Shown: positions 1-9,245 of the stretch, piece after piece
How positions within the stretch are numbered: position 1 is the first letter of the stretch
Layout: each line of letters opens with the position of its first letter
IMG/VR virus record: IMGVR_UViG_3300044617_001663
Span: 1 to 56,459 of that record
From: a virus
Lineage: Duplodnaviria; Caudoviricetes
Direction: 5' to 3' (one strand)
DNA: 56,459 bases
Notes under the pieces: generated by a model
Database searches by the model: none
Told to the model about the DNA's origin: nothing
Seen by the model: only the letters and a program-made list of their open reading frames with translations
Translations under genes and position numbers: made by a program

Positions 1-2
1 CA

Positions 3-56
3 TTAAAAATGATGCAAAGAATAAGAAAAGATTTTAAAGACAAAAAATTAACTTAA
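3..56 (+). CDS. C-terminal fragment of an upstream gene (position usually held by baseplate wedge gp53)
   Basis: Open frame LKMMQRIRKDFKDKKLT* ends at TAA 54-56, 10 nt before the next ATG. Identity is by synteny only. Confidence 0.3.
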   Translation, partial: LKMMQRIRKDFKDKKLT

Positions 57-66
57 GAGATATATT

Positions 67-1488
67 ATGACTTTTTCTCCTCTTGGAAATACAGTAGCTT
101 CATTTGATTCTATTCTACTTAAAATACCAGTATCAGATTCCAAAAAAGAAGAAGTTGATATTAGTGGTCAAGTAAGATTAGTAGAAGTATTTCAAAGTAT
201 ATACGAACCATTTGTTACAGGAAAAATGGTTGTACATGATGTATCTTCAACAAGATTAAGAAAAATAGGAAGTGGTGTTTTCGGACAAGGAGAAGAAATT
301 GATTTCTCCATAGTTCTTTTCATAGACAAATCGAGATTGGCTATAAAGGATTTTTGCATTTATAAAGTTGATAATACTATACTTGAAAACATTCCAGGAC
401 AAACAAATCCAAACGAAATATCAACATTTTACTTTTGCTCAAAGAAAATGATAGAAAATGAGTTTAGAAAAGTACGCAAAACATATACAGGAAAAATATC
501 TGAAATAGTAAAGCAAATTGGAGATGAATATGGTTTTGTTTTTGGTGAAATAGAACCAACAGATAAAAATTATAAAATAACAATACCAAGTTTAAACCCC
601 GCAGATGCCATAATGTGGTTAACTAAATTTGCTCAAAGAGAAAAAAATAAAAATGATGTAAATTATGTTTTTTATGAAAGTTTAAATCATTTCTTTTATT
701 TTAAATCTGTAGGTAGTATGTTGGAATCCTTGCCTTTGACTGAACAAGATGATGAATTCGGTATAAAAATAACAAACATAAATGTAAATGAAACGTCAAA
801 GGGTGTTTATGATAAAAATAGTCTTAATGCAAAAAGACATATTGGTAAATCAATATCTCCATTAGGAAATGCATTATCTGGAATGTATTCCTCTTTGGCT
901 CTTCAATTTGATATTACTTCAAAAACTTATTCTAGTACAACATTTTCTTATGATGAAAAATTCTCTGAAATGACACACCCAGAAGGATATGATAAAAAAA
1001 TAGTATCCGGACCAAAAGCATTAGTATTGAATCAAATATATGATTATCCAGAAAATAACGTATCTTATTATCCAAGATGCACATATTTGTATAAGAATAC
1101 AGGAAAAGGGTTTAAAAAAACATCTGGACCAAGAAGTGACAGAAAACTAACAGGTGGTTGTGTTCAACCAAAAAATGAAGAAACTCCTGTAAATTACATA
1201 CATGAAATAGCTCAAATTAGAAATAGTCAATTTCAATCAATAGATCAATTAGGGTTGACTGTAGAAATGAAAGGATTGTCTTTATTTAATTTAGGAAATA
1301 TGGTTTATTTCTCAAGAGCACAAATAGATTCTAGAGATCGATATTCTGATGGAAAAAGAGATAAATACTTTACTGGGTTGTTCTTGATAACAAATCTTAA
1401 GCAAACTTTCTTCCTGAATAGTACTGTTAAAGGACCAGATTTAAGAACAACTTTGACATTAAGAAAAGAATCGGAAAAACTACAATGA
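67..1488 (+). CDS. Baseplate hub / tail protein (gp27-like)
   Basis: 473 aa directly upstream of gp5. Motifs 'VDIS..V..VEVFQSIYEPFVTG', 'P..AIMWL', 'YVFYES...FYFKSV.SM' and C-terminal 'FTGLFLITNLKQTF' fit T4-like hub proteins. Confidence 0.6.
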   Translation: MTFSPLGNTVASFDSILLKIPVSDSKKEEVDISGQVRLVEVFQSIYEPFVTGKMVVHDVSSTRLRKIGSGVFGQGEEIDFSIVLFIDKSRLAIKDFCIYKVDNTILENIPGQTNPNEISTFYFCSKKMIENEFRKVRKTYTGKISEIVKQIGDEYGFVFGEIEPTDKNYKITIPSLNPADAIMWLTKFAQREKNKNDVNYVFYESLNHFFYFKSVGSMLESLPLTEQDDEFGIKITNINVNETSKGVYDKNSLNAKRHIGKSISPLGNALSGMYSSLALQFDITSKTYSSTTFSYDEKFSEMTHPEGYDKKIVSGPKALVLNQIYDYPENNVSYYPRCTYLYKNTGKGFKKTSGPRSDRKLTGGCVQPKNEETPVNYIHEIAQIRNSQFQSIDQLGLTVEMKGLSLFNLGNMVYFSRAQIDSRDRYSDGKRDKYFTGLFLITNLKQTFFLNSTVKGPDLRTTLTLRKESEKLQ

Positions 1489-2537
1489 GTGCATTTTTAG
1501 GTAAAGATGGATTCGCTTGGTTTTATGGTGTAGTTGAAAGCAGAAGTGATCCATTGCAACTCGGAAGAGTAAAAGTAAGAGTTTTTGGTTATCATCATGA
1601 AGATAAAAATGTCATGCCTACTGACTCTCTTCCTTGGGCTACTCCAATACAACCAGTAACATCTGCAAATATAAGCGGAATTGGACTCTCTTCAAATGGT
1701 CTTGTTGAAGGAACATGGGTAATAGGCTTTTGGGCTGATGTAAATAATTATCAAATTCCAATGATTCTTGGTGCAATATCAGGATTGAACAAAGAACCAG
1801 ATTCAATAAAAGAGAGAAAAGAAATGTATGGAAATGCTTTTAGAGATTTCCGTTCTGATTCTACTCTTAAAAAGCATCCTAAAAATAAATTTACAAAAAG
1901 AGAATATCCAGATGGAAAGGTAAAATCTGGTGATTCGCATGGTGCTCAAATAAAAAATGCAGATTCTGCAGAAAAGAATCCTAGAGAATTATATCAAGAT
2001 GGGGCTTGCTCCTTTCCAGAAGGAACTCCAGATACAAATGTTGTTGCTGTAAATGATCCACAAAGAATCGATGAAACAATAGTAAAAATAAAAAAAGATG
2101 CATTCCCTGGAGGATTAAGAGAAACTTTTGTTCCAGTTGCAGATGCACCAACTAAACAATTTTTTACTGGAATTATAAATGCAAGAGGAGTTAATAGAGG
2201 AACAAATAAAGGACTTGCATATCCTCCAAATCGTTTGAAATCAAGTTCCTGGGAATCACTAAAAACAAAATATAAATCTGTTTTAGAAAAACCAACAAAT
2301 GTGAATAAAAAATCTGTTTATGAAAATCAAACAAGTGTTGATTCTTTAGGAAATGTAATAGATGAAAAAACTGTTGATGGTCTTGATAAAATATTAAGTC
2401 CTTCTACATTACAGGAAAAAGTTAATTTTTTCAAAATTGATGAAAGTATAAACAAGTTAAATGAAAAAATTAATTCACCCATAACTACAGTTAAAGGTAA
2501 AGCAGAAACTACACTAAGAGATAATTTAAAGGGATAA
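1485..2537 (+). CDS. gp5: Central spike gp5, N-terminal OB-fold part
   Basis: WFYGVVESRSDPLQLGRVKVRVFGYH...LPWA...GTWVIGFW...PMILG is the gp5 OB-fold signature. No lysozyme motif recognised. Confidence 0.85.
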   Translation: MSAFLGKDGFAWFYGVVESRSDPLQLGRVKVRVFGYHHEDKNVMPTDSLPWATPIQPVTSANISGIGLSSNGLVEGTWVIGFWADVNNYQIPMILGAISGLNKEPDSIKERKEMYGNAFRDFRSDSTLKKHPKNKFTKREYPDGKVKSGDSHGAQIKNADSAEKNPRELYQDGACSFPEGTPDTNVVAVNDPQRIDETIVKIKKDAFPGGLRETFVPVADAPTKQFFTGIINARGVNRGTNKGLAYPPNRLKSSSWESLKTKYKSVLEKPTNVNKKSVYENQTSVDSLGNVIDEKTVDGLDKILSPSTLQEKVNFFKIDESINKLNEKINSPITTVKGKAETTLRDNLKG

Positions 2538-2538
2538 A

Positions 2539-4425
2539 ATGAGTACAGGAAATTGGTCAGAACCAGAAACATCATATGCTAAAGTTGAAGGGGTTGACGT
2601 AAAACCAGATGAAAAAACTGGTGCAACAATATATCCATTCAATAAAGTATATGAATCTGAATCCGGTCATTTAATAGAAATAGATGATACTGCCGGTTCT
2701 GAAAGATTATCCATTCATCATAGAACAGGAACGTTCGAAGAATATCATCCAAATGGAGATAAAGTAGTAAAAGTAGTAAGAGATAATTATACAAGTGTTT
2801 TGAGAGATGATTATGTTCATATTGACGGTTATTGCAATGTCACAATAGATAAGGCATTAAAGATATTAGTAAATAAGGATGAACTTCCAAATTCAAAAGA
2901 ACAAGCAGTAAATTTGGATATAGAAGTAGGAAAAAATGCAAATGTTAATTTAGTTATTAACAGAGGACAATGCAATATTCTATTGAAGGATGGAGATTTG
3001 AATGCCCAACTTCAAAAAGGAGATGTGAATTTACGTCAAGATAATGGTAATTACAACCATTTTATAAATGGAGATTATAATCTTGAAGTTACTGGGCATA
3101 TGCATGTTGTAACTGGAGGAAGTGTTGTAAATGAAATTGGCGGTGCAAGAGATATTCGTGTCGATGGACCATTTGATAATCTTGATGTAAAAGGATATAA
3201 GGAAACAGCAGTTGCAGGAAAAATGAATTATGCTGTTGGTGGTGGAATATTTGAAATTGTCGGTGGTTCATATGAAACCTCAATAGCAGGAAAAAGAGTA
3301 ATAAGAACTGGCGGTTCGGTACATGAAAAAAATGGAGGAAATCATTATATTGGTTGTCCTCAGTTTCACGTTGCAAGTGTTAGAGCATACATTTCAGGTT
3401 CTTCTGGTGTTGATTTCTGGTCACCAGGAAATCAAATGAGATTTGACGAGACTGGATTTGGTCTTAAAACCACAGGTAATGCTCTTTTTAATGCCTCAAA
3501 AATCCATTTTAATGGTCCTCCAGTTCCAGATGCAGATAGATCATCTCCTCCTATAGATGATCCAACTTTTTCTGTTGGTGCTGGTGGAGTGTGGAGAAAA
3601 TCTATAAACCACGAAAGAAATAGTGTTCTTGCATTGTTGACAACAATTGGTGAACTACAAAACATACAATCAAGACTGACAGAGTTGCAAGAAGTAAATA
3701 AATTAGCAGAAAATGCCTCTGCTGGTTTAAATGCTTCAATACAAAAATTGCAAGAAGTTTCTTCTCAATTAGAACTTGGAGCAATAAGCCCAGAACAAGC
3801 AAAAGCATTCATGACTGATGCTCAGAACGTTTTGGAATCGGCAAATAATCTGTCTATGAACATCTCTGATACAGTATCAACTGTAGGCACAGTATCCGAT
3901 CAAGCATCATCCACAATAGATTCTGCGCTATCAACAAGTGAAAATCTTATACAAAATAGCACAGGTGGCATAGGAAGTTCTATCAGTGATGTTTTTGATG
4001 GAGTAAAAAGCGGAATAGGTGGCATAACGGATTTCGTGGGGGGAATCGTTGGCGGAATACTTGATGTTGCATGTACAATATCAGATGCAATAAACAATGC
4101 AGTATCTGGTGTGTTTGGTGCTGTTGGGTCAGCAATAGGAAAAGTAATGGGGAGAATTGGACAGGCAATATCAGCAGTTACAGGAGCCATAGGCGGTATT
4201 ATATCAAAAGTTACTGGAGTTATAGGAACTGTATTTGGAAAAGTCGGTGAGATAATCGGAACTGTAACTGGGGCAATCGGAGGAGTTATTGGAGATGTTA
4301 TCGGTGGTCTTGGTGGAATTTTGGGTGGTTTTGGTGGAAGACCCGGAAACTGTGGTTTATCTTTGGGAATAGCAACTCCGGATTTTAATGTTGGTTTTGG
4401 AATTTCTAGGCAAAGTACTCTCTGA
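2539..4425 (+). CDS. gp5: Central spike gp5, C-terminal beta-helix part with a long Gly-rich extension
   Basis: EP..SY...YPFNKVYESESGHLIEIDDT..ERL..HRTGTFEEYHPNG, then V.G-type beta-helix repeats ending at 'KIHFN', then ~300 extra residues. Confidence 0.85.
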   Translation: MSTGNWSEPETSYAKVEGVDVKPDEKTGATIYPFNKVYESESGHLIEIDDTAGSERLSIHHRTGTFEEYHPNGDKVVKVVRDNYTSVLRDDYVHIDGYCNVTIDKALKILVNKDELPNSKEQAVNLDIEVGKNANVNLVINRGQCNILLKDGDLNAQLQKGDVNLRQDNGNYNHFINGDYNLEVTGHMHVVTGGSVVNEIGGARDIRVDGPFDNLDVKGYKETAVAGKMNYAVGGGIFEIVGGSYETSIAGKRVIRTGGSVHEKNGGNHYIGCPQFHVASVRAYISGSSGVDFWSPGNQMRFDETGFGLKTTGNALFNASKIHFNGPPVPDADRSSPPIDDPTFSVGAGGVWRKSINHERNSVLALLTTIGELQNIQSRLTELQEVNKLAENASAGLNASIQKLQEVSSQLELGAISPEQAKAFMTDAQNVLESANNLSMNISDTVSTVGTVSDQASSTIDSALSTSENLIQNSTGGIGSSISDVFDGVKSGIGGITDFVGGIVGGILDVACTISDAINNAVSGVFGAVGSAIGKVMGRIGQAISAVTGAIGGIISKVTGVIGTVFGKVGEIIGTVTGAIGGVIGDVIGGLGGILGGFGGRPGNCGLSLGIATPDFNVGFGISRQSTL

Positions 4426-4443
4426 TATTATTCTAATAGGTTT

Positions 4444-4451
4444 TATAAATA
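4444..4451 (+). promoter_or_regulatory. T4-type late promoter TATAAATA
   Basis: Exact gp55 consensus in an intergenic gap, followed by AAGGAG and the ATG at 4468. Confidence 0.75.
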
Positions 4452-4467
4452 TTATCAAGGAGTTTTT

Positions 4468-5094
4468 ATGTCTTCAAATTCTTCTCTGTTTTTTGAAATA
4501 GGAATGGGTATCGTTTCCTTCTTAATGGGAGCATTTATAGCTCTATATACGTTTATAAAAAAAACACATAAAGAGAAAATTTCATCTAAAGTTTGTAATA
4601 AATTTACCAGAATTCACTCTTCAATAAATGAAATATTAACAGAATTGAGAATAAAGACAAATTCATCCAGAACTAGTTTAGTTCAATTTCATAATGGGGG
4701 TAACTTTCTAGATGGCACTTCAATATTAAAATTTTCGATAACCCATGAATCTTGTGATTTAGGAACTTCTTCAACAATAGACGGTCAACAAGCAATATTA
4801 TTAACAAGATTTACAGATAAACTTGAATTTTTACATGAAAATACTGCAAAAATTATAAAAACCAAAGAATTAGAAGGAAGTCATTTTAGAAATTATATGC
4901 AAAGTAGAGATGTGGTTGCTTTTATAATGGTTCCAATATATTGTGAGAAAAAAATTAATATAATAGGTTATATTTCATGTGAATGGTGCGATGAAAATTT
5001 GTTAAATAATGCAGTAGACGAGGAATACAGGTATATTGTAAAATATAATAGAAATATTATAACTGAACTGCTTTACAAACAAAAGGCAAACTGA
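4468..5094 (+). CDS. Single-TM protein with a GAF-like soluble domain, possible holin
   Basis: N-terminal hydrophobic helix (LFFEIGMGIVSFLMGAFIALYTFI) followed by basic residues. The C-terminal 'AFIMVPIY...IIGYISCEW' pattern is GAF-like. Has its own late promoter. Confidence 0.4.
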   Translation: MSSNSSLFFEIGMGIVSFLMGAFIALYTFIKKTHKEKISSKVCNKFTRIHSSINEILTELRIKTNSSRTSLVQFHNGGNFLDGTSILKFSITHESCDLGTSSTIDGQQAILLTRFTDKLEFLHENTAKIIKTKELEGSHFRNYMQSRDVVAFIMVPIYCEKKINIIGYISCEWCDENLLNNAVDEEYRYIVKYNRNIITELLYKQKAN

Positions 5095-5095
5095 A

Positions 5096-5476
5096 ATGGC
5101 TGAGAAATTAATAAAAGATATAGATTTTGATTTTGAGCCTCATCCTGTTACTGGGGACATTTTAACAAAAACAGACATAAGTGCTTTAAATCAAAATTTA
5201 AAAACTATTATATTGACTGATTTATTTGAAAAACCCTTTAGAACTGATATACCAGTCGCAATAAATCAATTCTTGTTTGAAAATGATAATGGATTTGTTA
5301 TTAACTTTTTGGTCGAAAGAATTTATAGTAAAATTAATAAATTTGAACCAAGAGTCACAAATTTATTAGTGAATGTTTCCAGAAGAGATGCTAATGGAAT
5401 GAGCATAGATATTTCATATACATTTAATAATAAAAGTAATGAATCATTCACTGTTAATATAGAGAGAAATAGATGA
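5096..5476 (+). CDS. gp25: Baseplate wedge subunit gp25
   Basis: DIDFDFEPHPVTGDI...EKPF...LFE...FEPRV; directly before gp6. Confidence 0.85.
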   Translation: MAEKLIKDIDFDFEPHPVTGDILTKTDISALNQNLKTIILTDLFEKPFRTDIPVAINQFLFENDNGFVINFLVERIYSKINKFEPRVTNLLVNVSRRDANGMSIDISYTFNNKSNESFTVNIERNR

Positions 5477-7308
5477 GACAATTAAACACAACTGGGATAG
5501 ATTTCTTTTCAATAAAGAACAATTTTATATCATTTTTGAGAAATCAATCAGAATTTTCTGGATTTAATTTTGAAGGATCTTCTATAAATGTTCTTCTTGA
5601 TGTATTAAGTTATAATACTTATTACCAATCATTGTACAATAATATGGTAGCAAATGAGATGTTCGTTGAAAGTGCTCTTTTGCGTAAGTCTTTAGTTTCC
5701 AATTCAAAACAATTAGGATATTTTCCCAAAAGTGTAAAATCATCAAAAGCAAAATTAAAAGTAATATCATCAGAGGCAAGTTTCTTACCAAAAAATACAA
5801 TATTCAAAGCATTAGGATCTAATGGAGTAACTTATAGTTTTCATACAAATGATAATTACACTTTAACTCCAAATTCATTTGATGAAAACGGAGTTGTTGT
5901 AGATTATTCTGCTACAATAGATGTATTTGAAGGATTATTGACAACCTATACCTTTATAGTTGAAGAACCAGAACAAATATTTGAATTGCCTTTTACTGGT
6001 TTAGATGAAGATAGTTTGAAAGTAATAGTATTGACATCACCAACTCAACTAGAAGGATCAGAAACAGTTTGGAATAGAAGTAAGGATGTGAATGAACTGA
6101 CTCCAACAAGCACAAGTTACTTTTTAGAGGAAAATGCAAAAACAACATATAACATATATTTTGGTGATGGTATATTAGGAAAGAAACTTGAAAGAGGAAA
6201 TCTTATTTTATGTGAATTCCGAGTAAGCAATGGTTCGATAGCCAATAATATAGGATCAGTTGGAGTCGAAAATACTTTTGTATTGTCTGGATTTGATGTA
6301 CAAACATTAGAACCATCAAACGGTGGTTCTGAAGTAGAGTCGGCAGCATCAATCAGAAGAAATGCAATTAAGAAATATTCAACTGCAAACAGAGCAGTTA
6401 CAGCAAAAGATTATGAAGCACTAATTCTTGAAAAATATCCATACGTTGCTGCAATACGTTGTTGGGGAGGAGAAGATGCAATTCCTCCTCAATACGGAAA
6501 AGTATTTGTTTCCTTAAAACCAACATTTGGAACTGTACTATCGAAAGAAGAAAAACAATCAATAGTGGCAAGCATAACAGAGCCAAAAAGTATTGTTGGC
6601 ACTGGTATAGAATTTATTGATCCCGAATTATTGTTTATAAATTTTTCTATAGAAGGAAAAATTAAAAACAGTTATAATTCTACAATCAATAAAATGGATA
6701 GAGATATAAAAAGAACAGTATATCTTTATTGCTTGAATAATTTACAAGAATTTAATGATTCATTTTTTAATTCTGATTTAGTAACTGATCTAATGAGCAA
6801 TCATTCATTAGATTCTGTTAATATTGAAACTAAACTAGAAAAAAGAATTTCTCCAGTTTTATTCAAGAAACAAAATATTACAGTAGATTTTAATAATGAA
6901 ATATATAATCCTATTCCAAACAATCCTATTTCTTCATTAACATCAACAATATTTGAAACTTCTATTAATGGAGTAATAACCAAGTGTTTCATAGAAGAAG
7001 ATGGAAACGGAAACGTAAATCTTTGCACAACTGGTTCTAATAATACAAAAACTGTTCTTTCTAAAATAGGAAATATTGATTATGCTTCCGGAACTGTTGT
7101 TCTACAAAACTTTACAATAACAAGTTACACAAACAATTTTGATTTTATAAAACTATTTGCAAAATTAAAAAACAAAGATATCATTACGAACAGAAATACA
7201 ATTTTAACTTTTGATGTCTCTTCTACTGAATTTATAAATCTAAGTTTGGCATTCAACACAGGGGCAGAAGGATTAAATAATTATTCTAATCCACTGACTA
7301 GAAGATAA
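5473..7308 (+). CDS. gp6: Baseplate wedge subunit gp6
   Basis: DF.SIKNNF..FL..Q.EF.GFNFEGS...LLDVLSYNTYY; YFGDGILGK; NRAVTAKDY; WGGE...PQYGKVF. Confidence 0.93.
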   Translation: MRQLNTTGIDFFSIKNNFISFLRNQSEFSGFNFEGSSINVLLDVLSYNTYYQSLYNNMVANEMFVESALLRKSLVSNSKQLGYFPKSVKSSKAKLKVISSEASFLPKNTIFKALGSNGVTYSFHTNDNYTLTPNSFDENGVVVDYSATIDVFEGLLTTYTFIVEEPEQIFELPFTGLDEDSLKVIVLTSPTQLEGSETVWNRSKDVNELTPTSTSYFLEENAKTTYNIYFGDGILGKKLERGNLILCEFRVSNGSIANNIGSVGVENTFVLSGFDVQTLEPSNGGSEVESAASIRRNAIKKYSTANRAVTAKDYEALILEKYPYVAAIRCWGGEDAIPPQYGKVFVSLKPTFGTVLSKEEKQSIVASITEPKSIVGTGIEFIDPELLFINFSIEGKIKNSYNSTINKMDRDIKRTVYLYCLNNLQEFNDSFFNSDLVTDLMSNHSLDSVNIETKLEKRISPVLFKKQNITVDFNNEIYNPIPNNPISSLTSTIFETSINGVITKCFIEEDGNGNVNLCTTGSNNTKTVLSKIGNIDYASGTVVLQNFTITSYTNNFDFIKLFAKLKNKDIITNRNTILTFDVSSTEFINLSLAFNTGAEGLNNYSNPLTRR

Positions 7309-9242
7309 TGGCAAAAATAAATTTAATATATCCAAATGAAAGAGTTGCGGTTTATGGTGATACAGTAACTATTCGTTATGAGACAATTGATATTCTTTCT
7401 ACTGATAGGGTAAATAAAATTGTTTTTATTTTGGATGAAGATAAAGTAGAAACAACGGATTTAAAAGGATTTAAAACTTTTTCAAATTTACCAAATGGAA
7501 CTCATGTTCTTTCTGGATATATTTTAAATGATAATAACAAAAAAGTCAAGTCTTCAGATTTTACTTTTAATTTTACAACTATAAACAAAAAATATAAGCC
7601 AGAAAATAAATTATCAAGTATTGTAGCAAAAAGAGTCCCAGAATTTATTCAAAATGACCATCCTCGTTTTGTTAAATTTGTAGAAGCATATTATGAGTGG
7701 CTGGAAAGTAGCAACAATCCATATTTTATGAATATATCATCTGGAGATTTTTTTGATATAGACAAAACTCCTGATATTTTTATAAACAGATTCAGAAGAC
7801 AATATCTTGACAATTTTCCATTAGAATTTGCCAAAAATTTAAATGGAGATACGGCAAATCTAAAAACAGTAATCAAAAATATAAAGCAATTTTATGGAGC
7901 AAAGGGAACAGAAAAATCATTTAAGTTTTTCTTTAGATTACTGTACGATACTTTCGTAGAATTCTATTATCCAAAAAATGATCTTCTGAAAGCTTCTGCA
8001 AGCAATTGGATAGAAAGAAAAACTATAAAATTGTTGTGTTCTAATATTAATTTATTTCACTCAGCAAAAGGAAGAATACTTTATCAAGCAACAACAGATA
8101 ATAATATAACTTTTACTGCAAGAGTTGTTTCCGTCCAAGTGTACAAACACGAAGAATTAACAATAGCAGAAATGGATATAGTATCTGAAAATGGCTCATT
8201 TGATAAGATGGAAAAAGTATATTGTGATTTGGATGAAGAACGAATAATAGCAAATCCAATTCAAGTAATTAATTCAATAACAATATTGAATGGAGGATTT
8301 GGTTATAAAGTTGGAGATATTGTAACTGCAACCAATGAATCTACATCAAATCAACAACCAAGTGGAAAACCAGCAAAAGGTAAAGTTGTTAAAGTTGGTC
8401 AAAAAGGAAATATACTCAAAATTGAAATGACAGATACTGGGTCTTTCAGTTTACTTTCAGATTCCTCTGCTGATATGCCAATTTCTTTTTCAATTGATTC
8501 TTTGCACGGTGGTAATGCAGTTTTAACTGCTGATTACACAGGTATAACAACTTATCCTGGTTATTATGGTAAGAAGCAAGGTCATATAAGTTTTAATAAG
8601 AAATTGCAAGACAACAGAAGATATCAAGATTTATCTTATGTTTTAAGAACAGATATGATGTTGCAGGATTATATTGTTTTACTCAAAACACTAGTTCATC
8701 CAGCAGGTTTTTATGTTGGTGGAGATATCATACTAAAAGCAGAGTTTGAAAATGTTGCTTTTTCTGGAAATGGAATTGTTAGAGAAGTTAGAAATCTAAT
8801 AGGAAATTATGTTGCATATCGCTTAGATTGTGATTTTAATATTCGTAACTTTGATCCTCCTTCAAATAGACTTGATTTAAAACCAAATAAATTACATGGT
8901 GATTTATTTCCAAATGGTTTCGATCCAACAGACCCAATTCCTGAGCAAACTATACAAGCATTAAATTCATCAAATGATGATTTGGTATTCCTTCATAATA
9001 TTGATGGAGATAATACAAATAGATTGAATGAGGGAGTTTCTGAAGTAAGATATACAAATATTCCAGACGGAATAACAGATACTGAAAATTTAAATCTTTA
9101 TTGGGTTGTATTTCCTCATCCAGGAATAAAGGCACAAAATACAGACCAAGAAATGGATTTAAAAGCTATTAATCAATTAACCATCAATGAATTTATCATA
9201 AATAGTAAGAATGACATATACTTTAACTTATCAAATGGATAA
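7308..9242 (+). CDS. gp7: Baseplate wedge subunit (gp7-like) with an N-terminal Ig-like domain
   Basis: PEFIQNDHPRFVKFVEAYYEWLE, IKQFYGAKGTEKSFKFFFRLLY, LQDNRRYQDLSY, LVHPAGF; lies between gp6 and gp8. Confidence 0.7.
   Translation: MAKINLIYPNERVAVYGDTVTIRYETIDILSTDRVNKIVFILDEDKVETTDLKGFKTFSNLPNGTHVLSGYILNDNNKKVKSSDFTFNFTTINKKYKPENKLSSIVAKRVPEFIQNDHPRFVKFVEAYYEWLESSNNPYFMNISSGDFFDIDKTPDIFINRFRRQYLDNFPLEFAKNLNGDTANLKTVIKNIKQFYGAKGTEKSFKFFFRLLYDTFVEFYYPKNDLLKASASNWIERKTIKLLCSNINLFHSAKGRILYQATTDNNITFTARVVSVQVYKHEELTIAEMDIVSENGSFDKMEKVYCDLDEERIIANPIQVINSITILNGGFGYKVGDIVTATNESTSNQQPSGKPAKGKVVKVGQKGNILKIEMTDTGSFSLLSDSSADMPISFSIDSLHGGNAVLTADYTGITTYPGYYGKKQGHISFNKKLQDNRRYQDLSYVLRTDMMLQDYIVLLKTLVHPAGFYVGGDIILKAEFENVAFSGNGIVREVRNLIGNYVAYRLDCDFNIRNFDPPSNRLDLKPNKLHGDLFPNGFDPTDPIPEQTIQALNSSNDDLVFLHNIDGDNTNRLNEGVSEVRYTNIPDGITDTENLNLYWVVFPHPGIKAQNTDQEMDLKAINQLTINEFIINSKNDIYFNLSNG
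9197..9204 (+). promoter_or_regulatory. Candidate late promoter CATAAATA for gp8
   Basis: One mismatch to TATAAATA, ~40 nt before the gp8 start, but inside an AT-rich CDS. Confidence 0.35.
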
Positions 9243-9245
9243 AAA

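Noticed and set aside
2525-2541. Slippery-looking heptamers T TTA AAG and A AAG GGA just before the gp5-N stop
   Set aside because: A -1 shift meets TGA within a few codons. The downstream ORF is in the +1 frame, has a TAA at 2527-2529 in that frame, and has its own SD-like sequence.
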